Of a stretch of 64,000 nt of DNA, positions 20,775 to 32,411 are shown in pieces. The stretch comes from Trypanosoma brucei. Its lineage: Eukaryota. The notes under the pieces are model-generated. The model saw only the letters and a list, made by a program, of their open reading frames with translations. It searched no databases and had not been told where the DNA came from. Within the stretch, counting starts at the first letter, position 1. Every line of letters begins with the position of its first letter. A program made the position numbers and the translations under genes. Location of the stretch: assembly GCA_000002445.1 (NCBI GenBank), contig CH464491.1:2368001-2432000 (forward strand), given 5' to 3'.

Positions 20775-21932
20775 TTGGGGTTTGATTGTGTCATGGCGAG
20801 GATAATTGACGTATCCGAGCTGGATTACGCAGCGCACTCCCTTACTCGTGGAGGACTAGTGGCACTTCCCACCGAGACAGTGTACGGCCTGGGTGGCAAT
20901 GCGCTCGACGAAAGGGCCGTCCAACAGATCTTTGAGGTTAAGGGGAGACCCTCCACTGACCCATTGATTTGCCATGTTCCCGATATCCAGAGAGCGGTGG
21001 GACTGTGGGATTCTAATGCTGACCCTGCAGCCCTGGAGGTAGCTAAGTGGATAGGGGATGCAATCTGGCCTGGGCCTTTGACTATCGTGTTTAGGGCGAA
21101 TTCTGTGCTACCTCCCTCGGTAACAGGGAATTCAGGGTATGTGGGCGTGCGGATACCAAATCACCCCATCGCGCTCCAGCTTCTGCAACTTGTTAACTTC
21201 CCCGTGGCTGCACCAAGCGCCAATACTTTTGGTCATGTTAGTCCTACTACAGCGGAGCATGTCCTTCGCGATTTGGGGGAAAGGTGTCCTTCGCTACTGG
21301 TCATTGACGGGGGGCACTCTAACATTGGTATCGAATCAACAGTATTGAAAGTGGCCAGTGCTACAAAGGTTGAAATTTTACGCCGTGGGAAGGTCTCGCT
21401 TGCGGATTTACAACAAGTAATATGGAAAAAGTTTGCGTGCCACATCACCGTTAGGGACACCCGGTCATGCCCAGGTACCGTCGATATGGCGATGGACGGA
21501 CCCGGTCAACTGTTGACCCACTATTCTCCCAGCGTTTTATCGGGTATGTTAACACCTAAGAGTACGAATTGCGAAGTGCATCAGAATGAACTGGACAAGG
21601 CTGTTGTAGAACTTCCCTCCACTCCCCCCTTGACAGGGGGAGTTCCGCTAAATCAAACCGTGATAATTGACTTTGGGGGGCTTTTGCAACGTTTTCAGAG
21701 GGTTTGCTTGGCATATCGTGATCTCAGCGCTGAGGGTGAGGTACAGCAGGCTTGCTTTGCTGTCTTTGAGGCGTTGCGGTGGAGTGAGACGGTTTCAGGG
21801 GCGGGTGTGGTTTTGTTTCCACTAATATCGGAGTGGCCGTGCAAAACGGGTGATGAAGAACTTTTAGCGGCCGTGGAGGATCGCCTCTTCAGGGCTGCCT
21901 CCGGTAAGATAGCTAACATTCGCTTCGGATGA
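20775..21932 (+). CDS. L-threonylcarbamoyladenylate synthase, Sua5/YrdC family (tRNA t6A biosynthesis), with Sua5-type C-terminal domain
   Basis: 385 aa. YrdC signature PTETVYGLGGNAL...IFEVKGRPSTDPLICHV, VGVRIPNHP. Length is consistent with Sua5 (YrdC domain plus C-terminal extension). Confidence 0.85.
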   Translation: MGFDCVMARIIDVSELDYAAHSLTRGGLVALPTETVYGLGGNALDERAVQQIFEVKGRPSTDPLICHVPDIQRAVGLWDSNADPAALEVAKWIGDAIWPGPLTIVFRANSVLPPSVTGNSGYVGVRIPNHPIALQLLQLVNFPVAAPSANTFGHVSPTTAEHVLRDLGERCPSLLVIDGGHSNIGIESTVLKVASATKVEILRRGKVSLADLQQVIWKKFACHITVRDTRSCPGTVDMAMDGPGQLLTHYSPSVLSGMLTPKSTNCEVHQNELDKAVVELPSTPPLTGGVPLNQTVIIDFGGLLQRFQRVCLAYRDLSAEGEVQQACFAVFEALRWSETVSGAGVVLFPLISEWPCKTGDEELLAAVEDRLFRAASGKIANIRFG

Positions 21933-22274
21933 ACAGTGCCATCATCAAATGACTGCTCTTTTCACTGCACTGTGAGACTTCGGGGGAAAATAGTGGTATT
22001 TTTTTTTTGAGCCAAAAGGAAAGGGGGGAAAGCATTAGGGCACTGCGTCTGATAGCTTTGAAGAAAAAGCAACTATAATTGTGGCAAGTAGGCATGGACG
22101 CTTGGTATAAAGATAAAACAAGTATCCTGTTTCTCCCCAAAGTCTTGCTCGTCATTTGTTAACATTCGTTTAAAAGTTCCCTTTTTTATATCTTTTCACC
22201 TCTCTTAAGCGTTTGTTGGGTCGGTGTCACTTGGTTGAAGGGAGAATAAAGACGCTCGTGACTTCCACCTCGCA

Positions 22275-22679
22275 ATGAGTTTTCACCCTCGGGATGCTTT
22301 CATCCTCCACCAAGAATACATACAACGTCTCAACGAAGGAGACGAAGTCGACACATCCGCCGAACAAAAAGTTGAACTGAACCTTCAGAGGCATGCGGAT
22401 TCCGAGTCTGCAGCGACTGTCACATTTTCTCACGAGGATCATACGCTAGGAAATCCTTTGCGTCACGTGATTATGGAAGACCCGAGTGTGACGAGTGCCG
22501 GGTACGCCATTCCGCATCCACTAGAAGCAAAAATGCAACTTCATGTTCAGTCAAGTGAGTATGCCGTCGAAACGGTAGCCAAGGGTCTGGAGCGTTTGGC
22601 CGCTATTTGCGACGAGACGTTGAAAAGTTTCAACGCTTGCGTGGAGGCCATTTCCGCAGAGGACCCTGAGGGGCACTAG
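22275..22679 (+). CDS. DNA-directed RNA polymerase small subunit, Rpb11/AC19 (RBP11-like dimerisation) family
   Basis: 134 aa. HEDHTLGNPLRHVIMEDPSVTSAGYAIPHPLE matches the Rpb11/AC19 motif (EDHTLGN.LR..L...P.V.FAGY.IPHP). Closer to the AC19/RPAC2 pattern, but the Rpb11 versus AC19 assignment is uncertain. Confidence 0.7.
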   Translation: MSFHPRDAFILHQEYIQRLNEGDEVDTSAEQKVELNLQRHADSESAATVTFSHEDHTLGNPLRHVIMEDPSVTSAGYAIPHPLEAKMQLHVQSSEYAVETVAKGLERLAAICDETLKSFNACVEAISAEDPEGH

Positions 22680-23134
22680 ACCGATGTAGCGGTGTTGCTG
22701 CTCTGTGCTGAGGGTGATGCTTCCACCCAAGGTGTTTTCACTTTTAGCGGTAGCAGTGCTGGTGTCCGCATCATCGAAAAATATTTCCGGATTATGTCGG
22801 TGGGCTTTGTTTTTCATGCATCCGGTTATATAATATTTGGATACGCACTCGGTGTAGAAGCCCCAGTTGTGGTTTTCAAATAAATAAAGGAGTTTTGAAT
22901 TCAATATCAAGATATGTTCGCTACCGCAATGTGAGCTGGATCCTTTGAATAATCTAAAACCCCCCAGAGAAGCGGCAAACTGCACGATGCTCTACCGCCT
23001 TTTAGTGTTGAGTCGAGAAACTCGTGTGTAACCCAACAAACCTCAATTTCCTCTTCCCCATTTTTGTTCAATCTCCTTACACGTCTGCGTGATGCATCAA
23101 CGTAGCTGCCAGCGTTTTTGCGCTACTCCATATT

Positions 23135-23773
23135 TTGAGAGCGAGTCCGGCTGGTGAAAAGATGAGTGTAACCCTTTCAGAGCCTAAGTCATCTGTCATT
23201 GTCAACGGACGTCGTCGCATAACATCAAAGTTTGTCGATGGCGGTGAGATGATTGAGGAATATGACGTCATTACTGATGACCTTCTACTTCGCAAGTACC
23301 GCTCAAGGACCACACTTGGAGGGTTTAGCGCTTGGGAAGTTGAGGTGGGAAATGAAGCCTCAACGCGTAACTTGGACAAAGAATTAGTTGTGGAGACAAG
23401 TGGCAGCCCAGAAGTGGTAAAACAGGATGCGTTGGAGTTTTATGTGTTCCGCATACGCAATCTTCCATACGCAAAGGAGGTGTTTAGTGTTGCCGTAGAG
23501 CATAGCAAACCAACCGATATGGGGGAAATTGTGGTGCGTACGAGCAACAAAAAATACTTCAAGAGGCTCTCCATACCTGATATGAACCGACGTAACCTTA
23601 AGTTGGATCCTGCTCAACTCTCCTTTGATGTACAGCACAACACGCTGATTATTCGGTACAAGAAGCCCCTAGTGGTTCTTGCCGCAGAAAGTGCGGCAAA
23701 GAAGGAACGAGCCTCGCTCCCAGCGAAACGCATCGATGATGCCGACTCTAGGACCAGTTGCAATCAGCAATAG
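23135..23773 (+). CDS. DPCD: DPCD (deleted in primary ciliary dyskinesia) protein homologue
   Basis: The likely start is the Met at 23162 ([11 protein letters not shown]...). Collinear similarity to remembered human DPCD: [20 protein letters not shown] vs [39 protein letters not shown] vs [39 protein letters not shown] vs [29 protein letters not shown] vs LIISYQKP. Also ~200 aa like DPCD. Confidence 0.8.
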   Translation: [212 protein letters not shown]

Positions 23774-24226
23774 GGGTGAACCAGCAGCCGATTCCGGGGT
23801 GTCGTACATGGCACTTTTCAAACTGTTGTGCGTTTGCTTCGGTGTGCGGTTGCGCATGTCTTAGATTCGCGGCTGGTCACGGAACTCCTACTTTTCCCCT
23901 CTTTGCATTCGGCATCACCAACTGGACATCCCGGAGAGTTCCTCCCTCTGCGAGGCCGGGATTTATTTTTAACATACGACGTTGTAGCGTCACCTGCCTT
24001 TGCCTTTGCATTTCTGTGCTATCTTATTCTTATGTGGGATTCGCTGCTCAGGAGGGATCTACGCCACTAGGTCATAGACAGTAAGGCGTGAGGAGCCGTA
24101 GGTAACTAGGAAACGCAGAAGTGGCAAGGTAGCATAGCGACGTTAGTTGGTAGTAGGTAAAAATTCGTTCGCATTAGTTGGGGGCGTTACGTTTGGGATA
24201 CAAGTGTGGTTTAATAACAAGGCAGA

Positions 24227-24748
24227 ATGATTCGCAAGACTCCACCACGCCTTGTACGCGACCCGGTGCCGACTGACACCAAAGCTTTTTACTCGTGGTT
24301 TAGCGGTCAGGCGTATCGGCAGGAACGTGTTATTCCCGGTGGGTACCCCGCCGTCCGCGTGTATCCGGTATATGGTAAGAGATGGTTTACGGGTCGTACT
24401 GTAATGGCGATGATTGCTGGGTTTTCGCTTTTCGGTGCTTGGCATCGACCCGAGAAGGAGCGTTACAACATGGAAATGATGATTGAGTGGTCTGAGAGGC
24501 AAGCGGCCCACCTTCCATATCAAAAAGCCGAGGTGAACCTACGCTGCCTTATTACTAGCTACAAGCGGCATCGCTACGAACAGGAAAACCTCATCGATAA
24601 AGGTTTCGTAGGTCTAACATCGGAATTCCGCAAGTTCTTCTACCACGACGATGTGTGGCGCCCCCCACTGCACGATGTTCTCATGCACCCGTACGCAAAG
24701 TATGGCGGACCGTTGTTCAGCTACAATTGGACCATAGGATACTTTTGA
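24227..24748 (+). CDS. Small conserved hypothetical protein with one predicted transmembrane helix
   Basis: 173-aa ORF in the gene train. One hydrophobic segment (TVMAMIAGFSLFGAW). Basic, Trp/Tyr-rich. No confident family assignment. Confidence 0.45.
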   Translation: MIRKTPPRLVRDPVPTDTKAFYSWFSGQAYRQERVIPGGYPAVRVYPVYGKRWFTGRTVMAMIAGFSLFGAWHRPEKERYNMEMMIEWSERQAAHLPYQKAEVNLRCLITSYKRHRYEQENLIDKGFVGLTSEFRKFFYHDDVWRPPLHDVLMHPYAKYGGPLFSYNWTIGYF

Positions 24749-25470
24749 GGTGGAATGCGGGGGGGGCCACCGGTTTGCATTTAATGAGCGTAGGTTATGC
24801 TTCTTCTTCGTTGATTCGATAGATTTTTCGTTATCTGGCGAGTGCGACGCCCGTGGGCGGTTTCTTCTTTTCTTTATTTTTTCGTCTTTCGCCGCGGTCG
24901 TCGCAGCATCGTGAGGGGAAGGCCGCAGAGGTTTGTGGAGGGTAGTGCAGGGCCCCCTCCTTTTTTTTCGAGTGTTACGCAATAAGCACACATAACCGCT
25001 GGGGGATGTAACGTTTTCACATAGGTGACCATATTCCTTTGAAGCGGGGGCTCTGTAGCAGGGGGCCGTGTTTTATGTCGTTCGTTTTGTGGGAGTATTG
25101 AACGAACGAACTGGAGAAGCGCATGGGTACACTACTGTATTCGGTTGTGCTGCGCCGCTTCTGGGAATTATCACTTACCTTCCTCGTTATGGTGAGAAGT
25201 GTAAGAAGTACATTTTGTGTCGCGATGCTGTTCCCACCACTCTCCTTGAGGCGCATTCCCTTTCCTTACCTTTGTTGTGTGAACAGCGTATCCACGCGTA
25301 CTTGTGCGTGTTTTAGGCGCGTGTTATTGCACGTATTTCATTTTTCAAAGGATTTTCACAACGCTGCTTTGCCGTGGGCAAAGGTGTCTGTTAAATCAAC
25401 CACAAAACTAGTGGGTGAGGTGGTGGCGCGGGAACTGCCGCTTTTTCACTTACTTTGATTCGTATCGTCG

Positions 25471-27147
25471 ATGGATGAGGACATGTGTGTTGCCGCTGCG
25501 GCCTTCCGTGGCACAGAAGAGTACGCAGCCGTTTTTGACCTTGAAGTATGGAAGGCTCAACAGCAAGCGCGCTTACGTAGCGAAATTAATGAGGAAAAGG
25601 CGCGACTCCAAAAGGCAGTCGCGGAAGAAGTGCGAAAAAAAGAAGCACAACGCATAAGCGAGTTGGATGCCCTACAACAGGAGCTTCAGCAGTTGGCTCG
25701 TCGCCTACAGGTGCGTGAGGAAGCGCTTCATAGGCGAATTTCGCAGTTTGAAGTTCGCGAGGCTGCATTTGAGGACCGCCGTGTGAAAGTTGCAGAACAG
25801 CACGAGCAGCACCTTCTTTCGTTAGAAACTCGAACTAGGCGGCAACGCGAGGAAGCGGCTACGCAGGTCGATGTGCTCAAGGCTCAGCTAGCGGAGCGCG
25901 ACCGATCAGTTGCTCTACTGGAAGAACGACTTTCTGCAGCAGAAAGTGAGTACGACAAGCTGCAGCGATATGTGTCCAGGGTATCGACTAGTGATGAGGA
26001 CACAACACGCACCGACGCTCTTGAGGAGCAGCTGTGCGCTGCCAACTCAGCGATGGCCAAACTTCAACTGCGGTTGAAGGAGCGTGATTCAGAGCTAGCG
26101 TTGGCATCCAGAGAACGTGATCAACTGAAGCGTACGTGTGAAGTGTACAAGGACCAACTGTATCAGCTTACCAAGCGTTACAACCACTTACAAGAACAGT
26201 GCTGTCGTCGGGAACGGATGAGATTGGATGAAGAACGAAGGCGTATTGATGATTCGAAGCGACGGTATGGGATTGTAGAGCCGCGGATGGGTATGGAGAC
26301 ACGAAGTCCGCGCTGCTACGATTTGCTTGGTACTTTAGTTGCCGGTGGAACATCAACGAGGCGGCCAGGTGATGCACTTGCGCATGATGATTGTACGTTA
26401 TTACTGCATGAATTAAAGAGCGACGTGGAGAAAGGAATGCAGAAATTTGGGCGTAGGGGAAAAGGTGTCACGCAAACAAAGAGGCGGCAGGACTTGGTGT
26501 TCGCGGAGGTCGTGGTCCGTCAAGATGAGGAAGAGCCTTTACATGTTGAAGGCGGTAGTGATAGAGTTTGCCCAGTCGCGCATGGGGGACCCGCGGTTCC
26601 TGATACGGAGCTAGACACAGGATACGCTGATGACTTCGCTAATACAACGATTTCCTCTTTGTCGCACCGTGAAGGTGAGAACCACGGAGTGGCCGTGTCA
26701 ACCTTTCCGGGGATGCCTATTGAGGAGGGCTTGGGACAGACGGATGTGGGCGACATTTCATCAACTTATTGCTACGCTGACATCGAGTCGTGGGGGTCTG
26801 GTGACGAAGAAACGCGCTGCAGACCAATTGAAAGGAAACTGAGAGGCGATGCCGCGGCTGACTTACCGCCGCTTGCGCCCGCACCTGCAATCAGTGACAG
26901 TTTCACCGACAGGTCTGCCGCACAACATGTGTCCCCGCCGAGGGAACCCATGGAAGGTCCGGGAGCGACCTCAATGGTGTCCACACGGGACTCGACGAGG
27001 GGAGAAATGATAGCATTCGTTGAAAAGCTACAAGAAAACAGGCGAAAACTACTCGACTCGGGTGTGTACAGGGAAGACGATAGTATTGTGAAGGAAATGA
27101 GTGATAAGATTGCTCTTTATGAAAATTTCCTGTCACAGAATTTTTAA
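25471..27147 (+). CDS. Coiled-coil protein (hypothetical)
   Basis: 558 aa. First ~280 aa are strongly heptad-like and rich in Q/E/R/L (RLQKAVAEEVRKKEAQRISELDALQQELQQLARRLQ). C-terminal half is acidic and Ser-rich. Confidence 0.55.
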   Translation: MDEDMCVAAAAFRGTEEYAAVFDLEVWKAQQQARLRSEINEEKARLQKAVAEEVRKKEAQRISELDALQQELQQLARRLQVREEALHRRISQFEVREAAFEDRRVKVAEQHEQHLLSLETRTRRQREEAATQVDVLKAQLAERDRSVALLEERLSAAESEYDKLQRYVSRVSTSDEDTTRTDALEEQLCAANSAMAKLQLRLKERDSELALASRERDQLKRTCEVYKDQLYQLTKRYNHLQEQCCRRERMRLDEERRRIDDSKRRYGIVEPRMGMETRSPRCYDLLGTLVAGGTSTRRPGDALAHDDCTLLLHELKSDVEKGMQKFGRRGKGVTQTKRRQDLVFAEVVVRQDEEEPLHVEGGSDRVCPVAHGGPAVPDTELDTGYADDFANTTISSLSHREGENHGVAVSTFPGMPIEEGLGQTDVGDISSTYCYADIESWGSGDEETRCRPIERKLRGDAAADLPPLAPAPAISDSFTDRSAAQHVSPPREPMEGPGATSMVSTRDSTRGEMIAFVEKLQENRRKLLDSGVYREDDSIVKEMSDKIALYENFLSQNF

Positions 27148-27514
27148 GATGCTCATACTCTTTTGCTTATTAGCTACCCTACTGTCCGTGGTGACTTGGT
27201 GCCATGGCAGCTCCCCTACCTTCCCATCTTCGCGAGTTTGTTGCAGGGAAACGGCGATCCAACTATAGATCATATTCTACCATACACACATCCGTGAGTG
27301 CGGATACGCGACGCACACGCCTTTTTGGCGTATATGTTTTTTCCCCTCCCTTTGGCAATGCTGCTTTGTGGAATGTTAGGAGACATTGAGATGGTGTTTC
27401 CACGCTGTCACCTTGATTTTCCTATATTATCCTGTTGTTTGGGTTAGTGCGGCGCTGATACTTCCATATTTTTCTCCGCAGGCATCACTTTTTGTTCCCC
27501 CATCTTAGCCTCCA

Positions 27515-28951
27515 ATGGATTTCCGCCTCCCCCTCTGCAGCGTCCTTAATTCAGAAGTGGGCCGTCGACACAAGATTCCGCACCGCACGCTTTCATTACC
27601 CAAAACTAGTCTTTTTGTTCGGTACCTTGATTCTGACGACACGCGGCTGCCTGTGCACTCGTTGTTAAATATTGTGCCGCAGCCCGCTGAAGATTATGAA
27701 ACATACACTGGTGAGGACGATTGGGAAAAGAAAGTAGATGATGCTGCAGGAGTAGTGGGGGACTGTGGTGGTATAGACGGTAATCCACCCCGTTTTGACG
27801 AGATGGTGCAGTGGGTTATCGATGCCTTAAAAGATATCGAAGGATGTGGAGGTGCCGCTTCGGACGGTGTTGTGCTCTGCGGGAGATGGGTAGTAGCAGA
27901 CGACTGCAGTTGGGTGGTGCCTTCCCGAACCCCAATACTTCACTCTCCGCGCGATGTTTTCCTCGCGATGCGCAATTCACCAAAATTTTTGCGTGATGTC
28001 CACCATCAGATACTGAGTGGGGACACGTCCTCGGCGGGAATGGGATCGACGGTAGAGTTGACACTAGCAAAAGCCGTTGGTAAAAATCCGGCAAATGACT
28101 TTCGTGTGTTTGTTCCTTATCGACTTGTCAGGGCGGAGGACACATTCCGTGTCACAATATGGGAGGGGCGTGTTTTTGCTGGCGTTTGCCAACGTTCGAC
28201 TGACGTGTGCTTCCCATCGTTAATGTCGTGGGATTTGAGAACGCATTCTGAGAACTATGATCACGTATTGCGCCATATTGAAGGAGCGAGGCTACTTGAA
28301 CGAAGCATTGAGGCTGATCCCTACCTGCGCACATTCCTTTTGCGAAAAGTGGAGGCCAATGAGGTCGAGGGTGCAGCCAGCCCTTGTTCGGTTCTCCTGC
28401 TATCCGTGGATGTGGTGTTTGAGGGTGTGTCGCTTCCCCTTTACATCGTCAGCGCCAAGGTGCGATGTTTTAAGCACGACAGGCTTCGGGACCCGCTCTG
28501 TGTTTCACCATTTATTAAGGAGGAGGACAACAACGGTTCTGAGGAAGGGGTAAACGCCGTTGGAGGTGGGGTTGATGGTGACAGGAGCGATGGCATTGAC
28601 ACGAAAGAAATGCTCGACGATTCCGTTATTTTCTTTCGACTTTTTCGCGATGTCAATAATTGGAATTTTCACGTGACGCTTTGCCTCCACCCTGACGGAG
28701 GCGAAGTTTCCGGTGACGTTGACAAAGGCGTCAATATTGTGCCCTCCCCTCAGCGAGATCGGCGCTTCTTCGTTATTGCCTCCGAGCGGAGCGACTTGGT
28801 ATTGACTAAGGAGCCGATATTGAAGCGGGGGATGCCGCTGGAGTTCCTGAGGCCGGAGCTGTTAGGAGACATTGGTGAGGGACTCCCGCAGGTATGGAAA
28901 GACCGGCTACTCCGTTGTCTATCTCTCGTACAGCGGTCACAGGAGCTTTAA
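27515..28951 (+). CDS. Hypothetical protein
   Basis: 478-aa uninterrupted ORF, co-oriented and spaced like its neighbours. No recognisable motifs. Confidence 0.5.
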   Translation: MDFRLPLCSVLNSEVGRRHKIPHRTLSLPKTSLFVRYLDSDDTRLPVHSLLNIVPQPAEDYETYTGEDDWEKKVDDAAGVVGDCGGIDGNPPRFDEMVQWVIDALKDIEGCGGAASDGVVLCGRWVVADDCSWVVPSRTPILHSPRDVFLAMRNSPKFLRDVHHQILSGDTSSAGMGSTVELTLAKAVGKNPANDFRVFVPYRLVRAEDTFRVTIWEGRVFAGVCQRSTDVCFPSLMSWDLRTHSENYDHVLRHIEGARLLERSIEADPYLRTFLLRKVEANEVEGAASPCSVLLLSVDVVFEGVSLPLYIVSAKVRCFKHDRLRDPLCVSPFIKEEDNNGSEEGVNAVGGGVDGDRSDGIDTKEMLDDSVIFFRLFRDVNNWNFHVTLCLHPDGGEVSGDVDKGVNIVPSPQRDRRFFVIASERSDLVLTKEPILKRGMPLEFLRPELLGDIGEGLPQVWKDRLLRCLSLVQRSQEL

Positions 28952-29408
28952 GTGACAAATTGCACTGTAGTGCCTTCATGGTGGAAGTGGGCGTAGCATC
29001 CAGGTCCTTTGGCTATATGTTGCGCTGTGCTACGTTTTGTCGGGTGGTGCACTTTTAAGTAAGGCCTTCTGGCACTAATTTTATCTGTTGCTCTGCGCAA
29101 CGTCTTTCTTTTCCGATTGCCTGCTTTTCTCGTGCTACTTACCACGATTTTCGCCATTACCTCTTTTTTCTTTGCTATTTTTTTTACTTTTTACAGGACG
29201 TAGCATGGTTGTGGGCTTCCGCATTTAAATTACATCTGTTGGTCGCCTTCCCTCCGTCTCTACTGTTACCGGAAGAGGGCCTTCTGCGGGTGTTGTAACT
29301 GGAACTCCGACGTCATAGGACCTAACTTTGGGATAGCGTTGCGCTGAGGAGTTGAGGCCACTCACGAACTAGACGGGAAGTTCTAAATAAGCCGATCCAC
29401 TTTATTTA

Positions 29409-31136
29409 TTGAGCAAGAGAAGACTTACGAGGGGAGAAGGTACTATACGTTTAAACCTATCCCTTGACGGAATGTCTACGGGAAAGATAATTGGTGATCA
29501 CAGATACTTGATTGAGGGCCTTATTGCAAAGGGAACCTTTAGTAATGTACATCGCTGCGTGGACTTGACAACAGACAAGGTCTACGCGGTAAAGGTTATA
29601 AGTAAATCGGTAATTGAATCGCAGAACATGAGTGTGACCGTGGTTAGAGAGGTGAGTGCTATGGAGGCTGCACCTCCTTCGCCATATTTGGTGAGGCTCG
29701 TTGACAAACTTGTTTCGTCTCGTAACTATTATCTTGTTATGAATGTGGTGGAGGGTTGCACACTTCTAGACGTCATTGAAAAAAAATATCGACCCAGACC
29801 GCCACTGCGGTGGGTACGATCTATATTTCGACAGTTGCTAAATGGCCTCTACACACTTCATGGGGCAAATGTAGTACATCGTGACATTAAGCCGGAAAAC
29901 TTGCTGCTGAATAGGAGTTACACCCGACTTGTTATATCGGATTTCGGTTTTGCCTGCTGTGCCCCACCCGGCCGATCGCTTCACCATTCGTGCGGCACGA
30001 TGAATTACTGTGCCCCTGAGTTATTAGTACCCAAACCGGCTTACGATGGCCGAAAGGTTGACGTGTGGGCTGCGGGGGTCACACTGTATGTTATGATCTT
30101 CGGCGTTCACCCTTTTCAGGCTCGTAAAGAAGGTTGTGCGGATAGCCTTGCTGAGGTAATCACCTCCGGTGCGTACACTCTTCCGCACAGTCTTCAACCT
30201 GAACTCGAGCACCTTCTTTCAGTTATGCTCGAGCCAGACCCTGCGTTGCGATGGTCTGTCAGGAAGCTGCTGAGACATGTATGGGTGCTGGGCGGTATGG
30301 TGGGCGGAGTCACGGGCCGATCATCGTTGAGGCTCACCACACCCACCCCTGGATCCACAGGAGTAGCGAATCGAGATGCAAACACGCCGGAAGACTATGT
30401 CGTGCGTTCTCGGTTCGCCCGGGCACTGCGTGCGGATGATACTGATCCTTCAGCGAGGCAGTTTCGCTCTTGCCCCGATTTGCGCCGCGAAATGAATAAT
30501 TTCCTTGATGCCTGCGATAGTGATGGGGAGGACGCCGAGTGGGATGGTGATTTTAGCAATGGCAACAGCACTCACGATGGTTACACTAAGTTTAGTAGTT
30601 TGAACGTTAGTTTAACCGATATTGAAAGGGGGAGGCAACCTTCGGACCTAGACGGCTTCTCTGAGTCTACTGCTTTCGCAACCAATGGGAGCTACAGCTC
30701 CTTGTTTTCGGCAGACCAACTGTTATTGGACCCAGACGAAACTCCAGATACACCTAAAGGTGATTTTCTGCTTACGGTGAGGGTCATCGTCAACTTTGCA
30801 CTTTTTTGTACCACCCTGGTAATTGTGGCTGCACTTCGGTTTTTGTTTGACGTCCCTGTAAGAGACCTGCCTTTGCCTCCATTTGTCATTAGTATAATGG
30901 AGTATCTGCTGGTGCCACCGCATGAAAGGCTTGCTCAGAGTTTTGAGGTGCGTCGCATGCGTCACCGCTTTCCCTGTGCTGCGCTGAGGCGGCTGGTGGC
31001 CTCTGCGGAGCGCGCCATTCAGCGATCAAGTTGGTGTCGCCGGATTATGCCGGTTCGTGGAGTTGACGAAGGGACGGATGTGCCGCTTGGGACTGGAAGA
31101 CGTGGCATTGTGCTCCGTTGGCTGGAGAAGAACTAG
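29409..31136 (+). CDS. Serine/threonine protein kinase (CAMK/AMPK-like catalytic domain) with long C-terminal extension containing a hydrophobic segment
   Basis: 575-aa ORF; the probable start is Met 29472 (MSTGKIIGDHRYL...). Kinase subdomains GTFSNV...AVK, HRDIKPENLLL, DFGFA, CGTMNYCAPE, DVWAAGV. Hydrophobic stretch FALFCTTLVIVAALRFLF lies after the catalytic domain. Confidence 0.9.
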   Translation: MSKRRLTRGEGTIRLNLSLDGMSTGKIIGDHRYLIEGLIAKGTFSNVHRCVDLTTDKVYAVKVISKSVIESQNMSVTVVREVSAMEAAPPSPYLVRLVDKLVSSRNYYLVMNVVEGCTLLDVIEKKYRPRPPLRWVRSIFRQLLNGLYTLHGANVVHRDIKPENLLLNRSYTRLVISDFGFACCAPPGRSLHHSCGTMNYCAPELLVPKPAYDGRKVDVWAAGVTLYVMIFGVHPFQARKEGCADSLAEVITSGAYTLPHSLQPELEHLLSVMLEPDPALRWSVRKLLRHVWVLGGMVGGVTGRSSLRLTTPTPGSTGVANRDANTPEDYVVRSRFARALRADDTDPSARQFRSCPDLRREMNNFLDACDSDGEDAEWDGDFSNGNSTHDGYTKFSSLNVSLTDIERGRQPSDLDGFSESTAFATNGSYSSLFSADQLLLDPDETPDTPKGDFLLTVRVIVNFALFCTTLVIVAALRFLFDVPVRDLPLPPFVISIMEYLLVPPHERLAQSFEVRRMRHRFPCAALRRLVASAERAIQRSSWCRRIMPVRGVDEGTDVPLGTGRRGIVLRWLEKN

Positions 31137-32411
31137 CCGGATTCCAGGTTTCCACTATACGCTTTTTTATCTTATTTGTTCTTGGGCATCGTCCAAAGGT
31201 ATAACGTCCTGGGTCTTCGCCATTTAGCCTTTTCCTTCTGATATATTTGCTATTTTGGCAATTGGAAGCCAAAACTCATTGTGTTCTGACTTGACCACAC
31301 CTTAGCCCTACGGTGAACCTGCAAAACGCAATGCAGTCTGCACGTTCGGGGTGCTTGTATGTGAATATATATCTTTCCGCTCACCGACAGCGCTTTGGGT
31401 CTGCGTGAATAATTGTGGTTCTGCACAGATGCGCTCACTCGATACGTCACTACCCTATGCATTGCCTTTTCCAGTTTCCCCCGTGCTGAAACGCTATAAT
31501 GTTTTTCCAGTTTTGTTTTTGAAAGCTTCGTGTTCCGCCCATGAATCATATATAACGCTGGCTGAGTACAGTTCTACGCGGTGGGAACGGACTCTCCTGG
31601 ATGAGGGTGACTGTGTCATTTTGAGGTGTGAGCCATGTTACGGGGTGCGTAATTAGGTGAAGAATCCGAATCAACGGGCTCCACGGTTCTTCAAAAATTT
31701 CCAGCATGCCGTGCAGCAAAGGTTATGCCTATCACTGACGGGTGCGGTGAGACGGTCTTCAGTGCCTACGGGCAGGTTGGGAAAGAGCCGCTCGTTCTGC
31801 CGGAGCAACCAGGTTCCTGGTGCGCTGTACGGCATATCTCTTTGGCTGAGGTATTGTGGTTCGTGGGAAAGGGAGAATGTCCTGTTGTGTTCTCGTACGC
31901 GGTAGCTGTTGTCGTCAATGTGGCTCCGCGAAACGCCATCTAAGGTTCGAAACTCCGGGTGCTGATTAGCAGGCAGATAGCGAAATGATGTGGGTGGGTG
32001 GGTTGGGGAGGACTGCGGCAAGGGCTGTTTGATAAAAATGATGATGCAATTAAGGTTATCAGACCACTGAGGTGGCCCACGAAGGAGTAAATCTTTTGTG
32101 TGCGCCCCCTCTGCGGGTGGCTCGTGCGGAGATTATGGTGCAAGCCTACTGTATAGCAGTGGTTTCTTCCCTCTTCCCTAATGGTGTTGCCATCTTTTCT
32201 ATTTTCCAGCAGACACTTATCCTCTACCAGCCTTGCCCTTGCCTTTTTCACCTTGATATCCTATTTTTCACATCGCAAAGCCATCCTTAACAGCATCCTA
32301 AAACCGGTCCCTTTGAAGGACGCAGCATCTCACAACACCGCCTTCCACGAATTAGGCGGCAGCAAGTGAAGCAGCGGCTGTTAACAAGAGTAGCATAGAG
32401 AAAGCACATAA

